In this document: piece by piece, positions 36,340-48,800 of the stretch
Layout: the number at the start of each line of letters is the position of its first letter
Numbering within the stretch: the first letter of the stretch is position 1
NCBI RefSeq assembly: GCF_009834535.1
Contig: NC_045697.1
Span: forward strand, 98,272,001-98,336,000
Direction of reading: 5' to 3'
Length of the DNA: 64,000 nucleotides
From: Camelus ferus
Lineage: Eukaryota
Position numbers and translations under genes: made by a program
Notes under the pieces: generated by a model
Told to the model about the DNA's origin: nothing
What the model saw: only the letters and a program-made list of their open reading frames with translations
The model's database searches: none

Positions 36340-37300
36340 CCTAATAATACCTCTTCATAAAGTATCCTGAAAAGCCTTACAAAGTGATTTGCTAGGCATC
36401 TAACTGATCTAAGTCTGTTAATTCTATTAAATGGTATTCAAGGTTAATTTAACATGATTTGTTTGGTGTGAACTCACGCACCCTATCACATGCCCATCTC
36501 TAAAACAGTTTGGCAATTAACATCAAGTTATCAACTGATGCTTGAAAACCCACATCTTTCCACTTTCTCAAAGTTGGCACATTTCCCATCTTCCGCCATC
36601 TCTCTTCCAAGGTTACCAATAGTCCATTTCACCATTATTTCTTCAAGAATTCTCACCATCATGGGATGTGGTTCCTCCAGCCAAAGACTGAAACTCATTT
36701 AGTGCAGAGAGTCTCTCACTATTTCTTCAGTTACCTTTTTTCCAGCATTTTCCTACCCTACCAGTTTTAAAACTAGTCGTCTCCATGGAAAAGAAAAGAG
36801 AAAATTCAGAATTATAGAGCTGTGCATTTCCTCTGGTCATCAGATCAACGCGGCACTCTTTATCCCAAGCATTTTGGTTGCCCCACCATGTTGTCCTTGC
36901 TTTAGGCAAAGCAGAACAGTCCACTAGTGTGTGTGTCTGGATTAACCAAACATTCTGACTCAGGCTCCACTGGAGTAGCTTTCTCATTGGGGCTTATTCA
37001 ATAAACTTTATGTACAGTTGTTCTATGTCTTTGTGAAGTTCAGCTTTCCTAACATTGCATGGGCAGTTCCTTAGGACTGTTTTCTTTCAGTTGTTGGCTC
37101 ATTAACCCTCCTTCAGTCTTTCATCCTGCCCTTTAAAAGGAAGGATCCATTCGATGCTTCTTTCTGGTTCCATCAGCTTCTATTTCTATGAAACCAGCAT
37201 ATTTCATGCACATTTCCTGCTAAGCCTAAACTGGTAATTTATCAAACATGCATTGGGCACCTTCCTGCACACATTTTCCCAACCGCTACAAATTTCACTA
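36340..37300 (-). mobile_element. L3/CR1 LINE ORF2 remnant
   Basis: The reverse complement 'gaagaaatagtgagagactctctgcactaaatgagtttcagtct...cacatccc...ggtaaccttggaag...aaatgtgccaactttgag...aacaaatcatgttaaattaacc' follows L3 ORF2 up to the start of the RT domain. Confidence 0.65.
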
Positions 37301-40214
37301 GTGCATACTGATAATCTGCCCTTATACAAGCTCTGCAGAATTTCTCAGCCTGCTCAGACAGGTACCTGACCTGGGAATCTGAAAAACAAAAATCACGTTT
37401 TAAACAAGTTGTTCTAGGTCATTATCTTTCATCTAAACTTAGAGCCCCTCCTTGACCCCAAGCTGTAGACCACATCCTATAAGCTCTGTATCTTAACTGC
37501 TACAAAATATTACGTACATCTGATCTTGAGACAAAAACAGTATAAGACTAATGTTCACAGTGTAGCAAAAGAAGCTTTCTTAATCCTCCTCAAAAAGCTA
37601 ATGTACAGACTTTCCTTTGTATCCCAGATGCCATATGGGGCCATCCAGTCCCACAGACAAGGATAAAACAGGATAAACTGGGCTCAAGTCAGCATTACTC
37701 CTCCAGAAGAAACTCCAGTGCTGTGATAGCTGTAAAGTCTCAGGGGGTGAACATTTCCTGGCAACTCCTGGCTCCAAGTTTTTATTTCCACAGCATTCAA
37801 TTTACAGATGACTTCATCAATCTGTACTATAGTTAATTTTTCTTGATTTTCACTGAAAACAAAAAATATTTCCATAAGATATTTACGTGAGGCAGCTGCA
37901 ATCTCTTGCTTATAGCCTCAGGATGAAGCCATCTAGAGAACAGAGTGGAAGAAAAGAGAAGGAAGGAGGTCTGGAAGCTGGGGTACTGTGTCTGAAGCCC
38001 GTCCTGACTCTGGACCCCTCGTGAGATGAATATATGACGTCTTCCGGTTACGTAGGCCGGTTGACTTTGGCTAGAACAGCAATGGATATATTCTTCAATT
38101 CTTCTTCAACTCTGTTGCAAGCTGCCCACATCCCACGTGTTACCCTTGTCTGTAACCCAAGCACAATACAATTTGTAGGTTAAACGTTCCAAGCAATGCA
38201 TACCTCACATAATAACCAAGTCTCCAGAATCGGTCTGGGGACTGGTCTTTTACAGGTTATGTCTGTTGGTCATCTCCTTCTGTAAGTGACTGATCACCTT
38301 CATTACATGTTTTGGTTGTTCGTTTTGTTTTTCCCACTTTCTTTTCAGAAAGTAACTTCCACTTCAATCTTGAAGGTATCTTGCAGTTCCCTCCATTTAC
38401 CAACCACAAGGGGCTGAACTAAATGTTCCTTGAGGTCCTTCCCAGCAGTAAAATTTATGACTTTATATAAGAACCAGTTTCACTATCTGCCAGAGATTAC
38501 ACATAAATGCTTTTCTTTTATCTGAGCTCATGTCAGGCGGGACATCCTCTAAATCTAAAAGCAAAGCCATTATATTTAGGATCCTTTTAGAAAAAATAGG
38601 AACAAAACAAAAAAGTAGCTGGAATATAAGTTTTTGTTTGCTGTAAGAACAAAGAAATGGAGTATTTGTGCCCTTTAATATATAATTTTTACTGTTGGAA
38701 AATTATTTCATACTGTCGATTTCCTACAAAAAGAGATTCTAACAAGCATTCAGAGTTACACACAAAACAACTAACTTTAAGAGCCATTAAGTGAAATAAT
38801 GAACTCTCAAGTGAGTGAGAGCTGGTTTTGTTCATCTTACTCTAAAGCCTCATGTCTTTTATTGGGCCTGAATCCCACTGGTAAAATGAATCAATGATGC
38901 AACACCTAATCCTGCGTTGAAGGAAATTTAGAAATACCTTGTTCCACACCTAGGAAAATCTGGCGGCTGCAAAACAGAGCAGCATGATGCATATTCTTTA
39001 AGGATATGGCTTTTTCAGTCAAAGGGAGGAGAAAACACATGGGTAGTGTGTGTCTCTCTTGTTTTGAGCTGTCACTGAGGCGGAGGCTGCTGGCCCGTTG
39101 AGGCCGATGCTGGGTGACAGTGGCAGCATATTGCTTACTGGACTGTGATGATACAACTCAGGGAGACCCTCTGTAGCCCTCATTATCTGCCCCCGAGCTC
39201 GCTCGACGCTGCCTCTGCTCCCTTCAGAATTAGGGGGGATTATTAAACATAATTCTACTAATTATGGTTTGGGAAAAAAGTTGGATGGGTCCAGCACCAG
39301 TGCCCCAAAGGAAGAACACCATGAGGTAAAGATTGGAGGGCTTTTACGGCGGTGCTTGCAGATAATTATAGGTATAGAAACCAATTCCAGAGACAGAAAA
39401 AAAATTCAGCCAAGTCCAGACTGTTTTCATGATGCAACCAAGCTCCCTTGGAATGTGAAACATTAGCTGGTTTTCTCCGACGGGGAGAAATTTTCACAAT
39501 GACAACTAAGAGACTCCAGCTTAGGGTACCGGGTGGCAAGGGGGACCTCGAAAGCTGTTAAGTGCCTGTTGCAATTTTCCACCCTTTTGCCAAGGCAGCC
39601 AGGATGCAACATAACTTATTTCGTGGCAGGTTCTCCAGTGAACCAACGGACAGTAGAAATACCAGCCCTTTCAATATATACTGCAGTTTACAAAGATGAT
39701 GTTACCTGTAAACTGATTCACAGCATAAAAACATAGACCCAAAAGTGGATATTGTGAATAATGATAACTGACTCATCCTCATGCACTGGGACTTTTAATG
39801 TGCAATCAGTTCGTATCAAAGAGTTGAGTCCTTCTTTTTAGAATATTATAACCCAGAATAATTACTACAAGAAGCATTCTGAAGCAGAGTCACTTTAATC
39901 CTACAAAAAGGATTACAAGTACATTTTAGATGGCTGTTTTAATCGGCCGAGAGCGGGCAATAAAACTAGACAAGGGCATTTGCCATTGGTTGGAAATAAT
40001 ATACTCTAGGTTTTTATTCTGCAATCTTAAGATTCCTCTGATTTTCTTTGGTTCAGAGGAACTGTCCAGGTTGTAGATAGCAATTATCTGGATGCACCAT
40101 TGTGAAATCCACACCCTAAAAAGGGGTCCTGAAGCAGTGGTTCAAATCTGCGGCAAACTAACAGAAAAGGACGAATCCTGGCAGAAGAGTGTCTATGTGA
40201 GGAACATAATAATT

Positions 40215-40690
40215 CAGTGTTTCCCAAAAGGTGAGACATGTGTTCACAATAACCTTACCCAATGTGGAAGATGGTTTTCAGTATTAAATAAATGTAGGAC
40301 AAGGGCTTAAATACCAGTGAATCATGATGAGAAAGAGATTCTCCTTCCAATCGATCAACCCATTTCATTTAACAAAGAATAGAGTCTCAGTTTGGTGTTT
40401 CTGTTTAATACGTCTCTAAAATTTGCCAGTTTCTCATTTTATCAGAAAGACAGCAGCATCAGGGTCAACTTGTAATTTAATACTATTGTTTTGTCTTCAA
40501 TGGAGGCACTTTCACAATGACTTTTACGAGAGCTATGATTATTGTTCTGTTTATGACGGTAATATAAAGTTTCTCCTTAAAATAAATATATTTAATTTTT
40601 TTGGAGTGAGTTCCATTTAGGGAAAGCACTAAGGGAAAAATAATGAAGGTGAATGTGGATTTGGCAAAATAAGTGAAAATGGCAGAAGTG
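40215..40690. mobile_element. hAT-Charlie-like fragment
   Basis: Starts with 'cagtgtttcccaaa' (Charlie-type terminus) and has an AT-rich body. Family not resolved. Confidence 0.4.
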
Positions 40691-40699
40691 CTACAATGA

Positions 40700-40825
40700 C
40701 CACTGGCCTCTAACCACTGGATGCCAATAGCTTCCCTCCTCCCATTGTTGTGACACCAAAAATGTCTCTAGAATTTCCAAATGTCCCCTGGGATGGAGGA
40801 TTGGTCTGGGTTTGAAAATCACTGA
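40700..40825 (-). mobile_element. MER20 (hAT-Charlie), partial
   Basis: 'ctggcctctaaccactggatgcca...ttgtgacaccaaaaatgtctctaga...ccaaatgtcccctggg...ttgaaaatcactg'. Confidence 0.85.
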
Positions 40826-42178
40826 TTTAGAGCAATGTGGTCTCTGAGTAATTGTTTTCAACAGAAGGCAGATAGGGAAGAATGTTGGGCTTTGTGGAAG
40901 TGACAATGTGAAGTATTCCAGGGACAAAAGCCATCAATCAAAGTGGAAAAGGAAGTCAGAGAATGTTGGGTGGATATGTTGTAATAAAGAAAGAGGTTCC
41001 CTTTGAGGGTTTCTCCCGTCTACTGGTTCATTCAAATATATGAAGATCAGCCATCTGACTTCTAATAAAGGATTCCAGATATGAATCCCCAAAACAAGGT
41101 TGCTGATGATCTTTGCCTTTGCAATTTATTTCTTTGTCCAACCGGACAGAAGAGTGTGTGAATTTTCCAGGAAAAAACACAAGCCCAAGCCTGCCAATCT
41201 GGCAACCCTTGGGAGGCTGAACTGGCCTAGCTTTTTTTATGAGGTGTTTGGCCGCCTGAATGTTTAATTTCATTCTTTTATTTTATGTTTTGGGTGCAGA
41301 TGCCCAGAGGTCTTTGGACAATTGCCTCTTTTTTAATAAAGCTAATAAATGCCCCTAGGAAATTTACCTATATCTAAACTGACATAACAAAGCTGATACA
41401 TCAGAGGGGTCAGGCATGAGAGATTCTAGCAATTTATATAAACAAGGAAGCTGGCATGCATTTGGACTGCCTAGGGTTATTACTCAGGCCCTGGCAGTCT
41501 TCCAGGCTGTTCATAATTTTAAATAAATTCTGATCTTAGTGATATATACTTATTGATCAAATTTTCAGAAAGTCATCACCATGTACTCATCTGAAATCTT
41601 CACAGTTCCTAGGAGAGGTCTGGCATTATATAAGCTATTATCTGTACCACAATTCATCCTTCTATTTGAATCAAGCCTGTGGATAAGTGACTCATTCTGT
41701 TCCATTTACCGCAGCAAGAGACCTGGATGGTGGCTGGAAAACAAGATTCTTAGGTCCTGTATCTCAATTTATCATGAATTTTCTTTGGTTATGCCATTTC
41801 TCAAACTCTCAGTTTTTCCCTAATATTAAACAAGTGGTTTCACCTGTGGACAGGATACTCTTGTCTTATTCACTTCAAGTCCTCTTCAAAAGCACACCAT
41901 CCTCTCAAATGGAAGACCCTGCTTCATCCCCCTTGGAACTCTTAGCACCCAAATCCTCAGGAAAGGTTGGCTGGCCTGCAGGTATTTTTACAGGATCTCA
42001 GGTGCCGGCTGTGCTGGTCACTGGCCCTCTTGCTTTCAAAGGCCTGGGCTATATTACCTCTGAGCCCTGTGCAAACCCACTTTGGTCAAATCTCCCTGTT
42101 CTCCAGCTTTCTCCACCATCAAAACCTACAATCATTTATACATCCTTAATCTCAGCTCTTTAGATTTTGTTTAGTGAC

Positions 42179-42662
42179 TGTGGTAGATAGAATAATGGCT
42201 CCCCAAAGATGTCCACATCCTAATTTCCAGAACCTGTATGTTAGGTGACATGGTAAAATGTAATTAAGGTTGCTAATCAGCTGGCTTTAAAACAAGGATA
42301 TTCTCCTGAACTATCTAGGAGGGACCAATGTAATCATAAGAGTCCTTTAAATGTGGAAGTGAAAGGCAGAAGACTTAGTGTCTGGATGACACAATGTGAA
42401 AAAGAATTGACCAGCCATTGCTGGCTTTGAAAACAAAAGGAGGCTACAAGACAAGGAATGCAGGCAGCTTCTAGAAACTAGAAAAGACAAATAGATTTGC
42501 CCCCACAGCCTACAGAAAGGAATGTAGCCCTGCCAACTCCTTGACTGTAGCCCAGTGAACCCTGTGTTATTCTTGTGGCCCACAGGACTGTACAATAACA
42601 AACTTATGTCATTTTAAGCTACTAAGTTTTGTTGTCATTTATTATTCTAAGAAATTAGTATA
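42179..42662 (+). mobile_element. MLT1D LTR
   Basis: 'tgtggtagatagaataatggctccccaaagatgtccacatcctaat...taaggttgctaatcagctg...gccattgctggctttgaa...aaggaatgcaggcagcttctaga'. Confidence 0.9.
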
Positions 42663-43414
42663 GTGGTGTTACCCTGAAAAAACTAATTAATCCAATAGAC
42701 CATAAAGAATAATTTGTGAAAGCTCTCTGACTCCCTAACAATCAAGAAAGAATGAGTTAGAATGCCATCACAATTTTTTCCAGGATCTGGAGTCTACCCT
42801 GTCCTAGAATGGTTCCACCTGGCAAATCCACTTCCTCTTCATACTCCCTTTCAGCCTAAGTTCAGGCTCCATCTGTTCCCCAAAACCTTTAGCCTCAACC
42901 ATTCCCACCCTCTGACTCAAGAAAAAGAGAAACACATTTCTATAATATTCAACAGTACTTCATAAGCAATTAACGTTTTTTACTGTAAACTCTCATTTAT
43001 TATGTCCCCCATATATTCCTGTCTCCTATATCTTTCTACCCCTAGTAACAAAGTTCCATAATAAAAAATATGTTTCAGAATTTTTTGGAGTTAGTTATTA
43101 CCAACAATGCTGTGGAATCTAAAAATTTTATTCCGTCAGTCACTTGGCAAACCTTGATATATACATTGCATTGAGTGGAAGCAGGAAGAAATAGAGCAAG
43201 CTCCCCACCACAAAAGTTTACAATTTAATATGGCGTGGAATAGGAGAAACGTTCTTTTATTCCACAAATACTTCTTGAACCTGTAGCTTACATCAGATAT
43301 ACACTTAATCTATAATGCAAGACAGAAACATGATTTTGTAATAGAGCTACAAACAACAGTGATAGTGAAAAGAAAGTTCACTAAGTGACAGAAATACAAG
43401 AACATACCACCTCT

Positions 43415-43912
43415 CAGTATAGATATACAATGGAACACTATTCAGCCATAAAAGGGATAAAATAATGCCATTTGCAACAACATGGATGGACCTGGAGATT
43501 ATCATACTAAGTGAAGTAAGCCAGAAAGAGAAAGAAAAATACCACATGGTATCAGTTATATATGGAATCTAAAAAAAAAAAAAAAAAAGACACAAATGAA
43601 CTTATCTACAAAACAGAGGCAGACTCACAGACATAGGAAGCAAACTTATGGTTACCAGGGAGGAAAAGGGGGGCAGAGAGATAAATTGGGAGTTTGGAAT
43701 TTGCAGATAATAACTACTATACATAAAATAGATAAACAGCAAGGTTGTACTGCATAGCATGGGAAATTATATTCAATACCTTGTAATGGCCTATAATGAA
43801 AAAGAATATGGAAAGGAATATATATATTATATGTATAAATGAATCACCATGCTGTAAACCAGATATTGACACATTGTAAATCAACTATAATTCAACTGAA
43901 AAAAAAAAAAAA
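43415..43912 (+). mobile_element. Camelid/artiodactyl L1, 5'-truncated (ORF2 C-terminus, 3' UTR, poly(A))
   Basis: Encodes DKIMPFATTWMDLEIIILSEVSQKEKEKYHM. TSD aagaacataccacctct (43398-43414) / aagaatataccccctct (43913-43929). Confidence 0.93.
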
Positions 43913-44899
43913 AAGAATATACCCCCTCTTATACCTCCTCGCAAAAGCCCAGCTGCCTGGGATTCTAAACACACACAAGAATTAGAAAGAAACACAGGAA
44001 AAGAAGAAAATGTCTCATGGTCAAAAGATAAACAACAAATCCTGAACACTGAAACTCAAGTATTTTGCATGTAGGCACCTTAACTCAGTGCCTATTTTCC
44101 CATATTTTGTGTACCATTTAAAAATGTTCACTTTTCTTTTTTCCTGGCCCATGGATGATTAAAGAGAAGAAACTGAAAGAGAGAAATTGCAAAAGATAGT
44201 TACACCAATAGCACAAATAGTGTGTTTGTGTGTTGGTAGCAGAAGGAAGAGAAAGACAATCAAAAGAAAACTTCTGCAAAGTGGGGCCAATTACAACATA
44301 GGCAGGCCGCCTGCACCAATCAATAAACCCCAAGACCATCCCAGTCATATATACTGCACAGTGACTGGGTTTCCAATGATTCTAGCAAGTGTTCAAATTA
44401 TGTTCTGCATATTCTATTTCGGAAAACAAGGAAATATCAACCACTTTTATAGAAACTTCATCAGAATTTGTTAAAATCTTTTAAATGTTGGTGCTTTCTG
44501 GAGGAAAATATTTTAGTGTTCTATGCACTGTGAGCCCATGGGTCACACAGAGAGCTAAGGAACATGGGCAGTGGGTCTCTGCAAATGGAAAAAGATTATT
44601 CCAGCACTAAAGCATACTAAAGATGTCACTGTGTCAGAAGCCAGGCAACAAGGCTACCCAGAATTATCAGTGTCTGCTATTAGAAAAATCATAGTTCAGA
44701 GAAAAAGATTTAAGCAATCATCCTGGGCTGAGAGCTCATTTGCAAATGTCACTTCGAAAATATAACTCTATTATGAAAAAACTATTTAAGTTCATCACTA
44801 ATGCCTGACATTTCAGGATGGTTCTTGCTCTGTTTCTACTAATCACACTCAGGGTAGCTTTGTTTTTCATAGTCCTTTTATGATTAGAATGCTGAACGT

Positions 44900-45075
44900 A
44901 CTGAAAAAGTTCTTGGGTAAAGCTCAGGATTTGATTTTCTAGGTAATCTTTAGTAAGTCAGTTAAAAGATGTCTGTCTTCAGTTCTTTCCCTTTATATAA
45001 ATCTAAGGCATTGTACCAGCCTACCTTTTATGAGGCTCAAATAAAGTCATAAATATTATCAGTGCATTCTGGAAA
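44900..45075 (+). mobile_element. MIR SINE (diverged)
   Basis: 'gtaagtcagttaa...tctgtcttcagttc...tataaa...gcctacc...atgaggctcaaat'. Confidence 0.5.
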
Positions 45076-45290
45076 GAGAGGTTGCCATGGAGCTCGCATA
45101 ATGGGGAATCACCACTCTGCGCTTCAAAATGGGTTAGGAACATGTACTTGTCTTGGTGGCCTGGCTTCTACCAACAACTGCACAACTGCACGACTCCAGT
45201 CTGCACAAAGTGAACTTTCTGCATATTCTGCCTATGCCAGAGAAAAACAAACACCAACTAACAGATCCAGAATGCATTTCTAGTATCACC

Positions 45291-45375
45291 TAGCTCAGGG
45301 TAGAGCACATGCTTAGCATGCACGAGGTCCTGGGTTCAATCCCCAGCACCTCTGTTTAAGAAAAAGAAAAAGGAA
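45291..45375 (+). mobile_element. tRNA-Ala(AGC)-derived SINE (camelid vic-1 type), head plus A-rich tail only
   Basis: 'tagctcagggtagagcacatgcttagcatgcacgaggtcctgggttcaatccccagcacct' followed by an A-rich run. Confidence 0.85.
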
Positions 45376-45499
45376 AATATTTTTTTAATTCCCTCCATCC
45401 CCAGACACAAAGAAAGAGAAAGTAAACTTTAATCATTCTTTTTCCTTATTGTCATTCCAACCTTAATTAAGAGTTATGTAGTGAGCAATAAAAAATAGG

Positions 45500-45720
45500 T
45501 AATATATGTACAGACCACTTACTCTGTTCCAGGCATTTTATATAGATTATCTCATTTAATTGTCACAACATCTCTATTCTGCTGATATTATCATACTCAT
45601 TTTACAGACAAGGACACCATGACTTGGAGGACTTGAGTAGCTTGCTCAGGGCCACACAGGTCAAAAGTGGGGGAACTATGCAACAAGATACTAAAGACCA
45701 TGCTCTTAACCACTATAATA
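45500..45720 (-). mobile_element. MIR SINE
   Basis: 'cacttactctgttccaggca...attatctcatttaat...cattttacagacaagg...catgctcttaaccactata'. Confidence 0.8.
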
Positions 45721-46257
45721 TCAGTGAACATGAACATTTCAGAAGCTGGGCAATAGCATGTGTTATAATTTATAAACACAGGCAACTAGCAACAACTTAA
45801 ACACTTATCTCCATCTTTGCTGGAGTATTTACATGCTCTAAGAGTATCTGTGTGCTCAAAAGTGATTAATCTAAAGATTAATCCCTTTTAAAAGAAAACA
45901 ATTTGCTGAAAGAAGGGAAAAGGTGATGAAATTTTAAAAATGTATAATAGGAAAAACATGCTAACTAATCATCCTGGAGCTCTTTCTGCCCTCAAAATTG
46001 ACCCAATCTTTTTATAAAGAGGAAATCTTTCCCTTCCCCTTAAAATCTGTACCATCTCAGTGTTTTTCTTGAACATTTCACCCAAGGCCTTGTGTCACCT
46101 CAGTTAATAACCTCTAAGGTGTATGCCACGCCACATGCCCAAGGTAATAAACTGAAGGACTTTTTGGAAAGAGAATGAACTGATCATTTTTCTTGTCAAA
46201 AAAACCAATACTGCTTTGAGTCCTAATTAACTGGAAAGGCTTTACCTTTAGAAGAAG

Positions 46258-46490
46258 TATATGTTAGTGGAAATAGCACTAACCCTAGGAATCAGAAATC
46301 CAAAAATTCTGTCTAGAGTTCCATCACTTAAAAGCCATCTCACCTTGGGGGAAAATTCATCACCAGATTCTTGAGACTCAGGTTCCTCCTCTACAAAATG
46401 GGAATGATTATAATACCCTCACCATCTTCCACATTTGTTGTAAGGATTCAGTGTCATGTGATCCACACCTATAAAACCCTATTCTATGTA
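46258..46490 (+). mobile_element. MIR SINE
   Basis: 'tagtggaaatagcact...ctcaggttcctcctctacaaaatgggaatgattata...gttgtaaggatt'. Confidence 0.75.
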
Positions 46491-46599
46491 AGGAAGCACA
46501 ATGATGATGAGATACTAAAAACGTGCAAGAAGAAAAGTGGGATGAAAATATACCAAGAGAGTCCTAACCAATTACAGTGTGTCTTTCCTGGGAAAATGA

Positions 46600-47195
46600 A
46601 ATATTATATTAATAATAGCCATAAGCTATTACTCTATAGAGTCATACCTACTACTCTGTCTTTCATGGAACAGCCTTTCACACATCGAGAAAGAGCCTTC
46701 AAGTTCCCCTAAGTCTTCTCTTCTCTTGGTTAAATGTTTAGAGTTTTCCCAATTATTCCACATGGAAGAGACTTCACAAGACTTTTATCATCTTTGTCTT
46801 CTCACTGAGTTTTGTCAGTGCCCTACTTAAAGTGAATCCAATGTTCCAGATATGATCAGAATAGCATTGGTATTACTGCCAACTTTGATCTAGGTTACGT
46901 ATTTGCATAAAGTACAAATTTTTATTGCTTTTTGTTGGAACGAACTGAACGTTCCAGGTGTTTTCATTATATGTGTTTGCCTAACAACACTTGCAAGACT
47001 TTTTTTTTAAACCCTAAATTCAAGATGTCACTTTTATCCACCTGAAATATTACCTTGTTGAGTTCTACCTAACTTTCTAATCTGATGAAGTCATTTTGAA
47101 TGATGATTTTCATCTATCATAGTCTCTCTCTCTCTCCCAGGTTCTGTCATCCAAACTTGAGAAGCAAAACTTTATGTCTTTATACAAGTCACAAT
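46600..47195 (-). mobile_element. L3/CR1 LINE, RT C-terminal region
   Basis: 'cccctaagtcttctcttctc...ttttgtcagtgccctacttaaa...ctgtcatccaaacttgagaagc...tatgtctttatacaagtca'. Confidence 0.7.
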
Positions 47196-47929
47196 TTAAA
47201 AAAAAAAAAAAAAGGAAAGACAGATTTTAAATGAATTTAACTAGATTTAAAGTTCCGTTAAAAAGTTTCTAAATACTGTTTTCCAGGTGAAAAGGTCACT
47301 CATTAGACAAAATTCTTTGGAATGGATACGAGATTCACAGCATGAATCTCCCTCCTTATATTCATAGTGTATTTCTAGAACTATGTTGAATTTCCACCTG
47401 TCTGACGAATTTTCCCATCTTGATAATATAGGCACCATTTTCACATTTGATCTTTTGGATCTTCTTCATTTCTCCATGATTTTAAAATAATTACCAAAAA
47501 CAAAAATCCACTATTACACATGCTAGGCCTTTCAGTGGCCTGGGATTATGTCATCCATCAAAAACTTGAGGTCTTATTTTTTAAGAGTCAGAGACTATTG
47601 ATAAATGAGATTTCATTTACCTCAGTTTTCAACCACCTATTAACTATTTGTGCTCTAGTTTCCCCAGTCTGAACACCACTCGCTTTAAGAAAAAATCCAA
47701 ATCAAATGTGGATGGTCTCCGCCTTCTCCCTTGCATCTGTTTGCCTCACACCATCTACAACCAGCAGATTACTGAGTATCTATTTTATTATTAAAACTCT
47801 AAAAGCATCCCTTTGTCCTGTTTCACATTTTTCTTAAACTTGTGGGATTTTTTTTTCTGTGCTTGTGTCTGTTTGTCATATTTTTCTCTTCTTCACTCAT
47901 ACTTGCTCCTTTAAAATCTGCACTCACAG

Positions 47930-48082
47930 TGGGTGGGTATAGCTCAGTGGTATAGAGTGCATGCCTAGTATGCACAAGGTCCTGGGTTTAATCCCCAGTG
48001 CCTCCATTAAACAAACAAACAAACAAATAAACCTAATTACCTCCCCTACAAAAAAATTAATTAATTAAATTAAATTTTTAAA
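47930..48082 (+). mobile_element. tRNA-Ala-derived SINE (camelid vic-1 type), full length
   Basis: 'gggtgggtatagctcagtggtatagagtgcatgcctagtatgcacaaggtcctgggtttaatcccc' with an 'aaataaacctaattacctcc' tail. 17-bp TSD at 47913-47929 / 48083-48099. Confidence 0.92.
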
Positions 48083-48539
48083 AAAATCTGTGCTCACAGA
48101 ACTGCACACATTCCTTAACTGAGCATTCCAAATTTCATCTCAAGAGCCCCCATCCCTCTTGAACTGTCTTCCCTTTCAGAGTCACCTTTCTCTTGTAAAA
48201 CAATTACCTGGTTGATATCACGTCTGGGCCTTTTGCCATATTAGAGAAATATACTCTCATAGGGTCATGGAATTTGGGGGTAAAATTTTAATAGCAGTAA
48301 TATAAAAGTAATTTCAAATATTATTATAAGTTACTGTTAACTATAAATCAATTGGCTTTTAATTAAGAAGGCAAATAAAAGGAGCATAAGTATACGTACA
48401 TATTAATGTAGGAAGTATCACCTTAGGAAAATCATAATTGCCAAATAAACAACCTCAGCATCCAGAAAGAACCCATCACACTGAAATCATATTCAAAGTG
48501 AATTAGTAATATATTTGTCCTTCACACAGTGGTAGACCA

Positions 48540-48800
48540 TGTAGGGATGACAGCGGTAAATGAGACAGAAAAAAAATCCCTTTCCTAATAGAACTGACAT
48601 TCTAGTGAAAAGATATGTAAGAATAAGTAAATAAACCATCAAACTAAACAGATTGGGAATAGATAAGCTGGTCAGAGAATGCCCTCTGAGAAAGTGATAA
48701 TTGAATTAGAGTCTAAAGCATGAGAATGATCCAGTTATGCAAAGATCTGGGAAAAGAGCAATTCAGACAAAGGGAAGTCAGTCGTGGGCAACATCCCAAA
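48540..48800 (-). mobile_element. L2 fragment
   Basis: 'gatgacagcggtaaatgagacag...gaactgacattctagtg...ggtcagagaatgccctctgagaaagtga...tctgggaaaagagc'. Confidence 0.7.

Noticed and set aside
37684..38290. Minus-strand acceptor/donor-like sites and a 63-aa ORF
   Set aside because: The 38204-38279 candidate exon has stops in all three frames, and none of the peptides resembles a known family.
41687..42163. Longest ORF in the track (158 aa)
   Set aside because: GTG start, Ser/Pro/Leu-rich composition typical of non-coding DNA, and no domain or exon structure.
36340..47195. The two L3 fragments as one split element
   Set aside because: On the minus strand the more 5' ORF2 part should lie at higher coordinates, but it lies at lower ones, so these are separate insertions.
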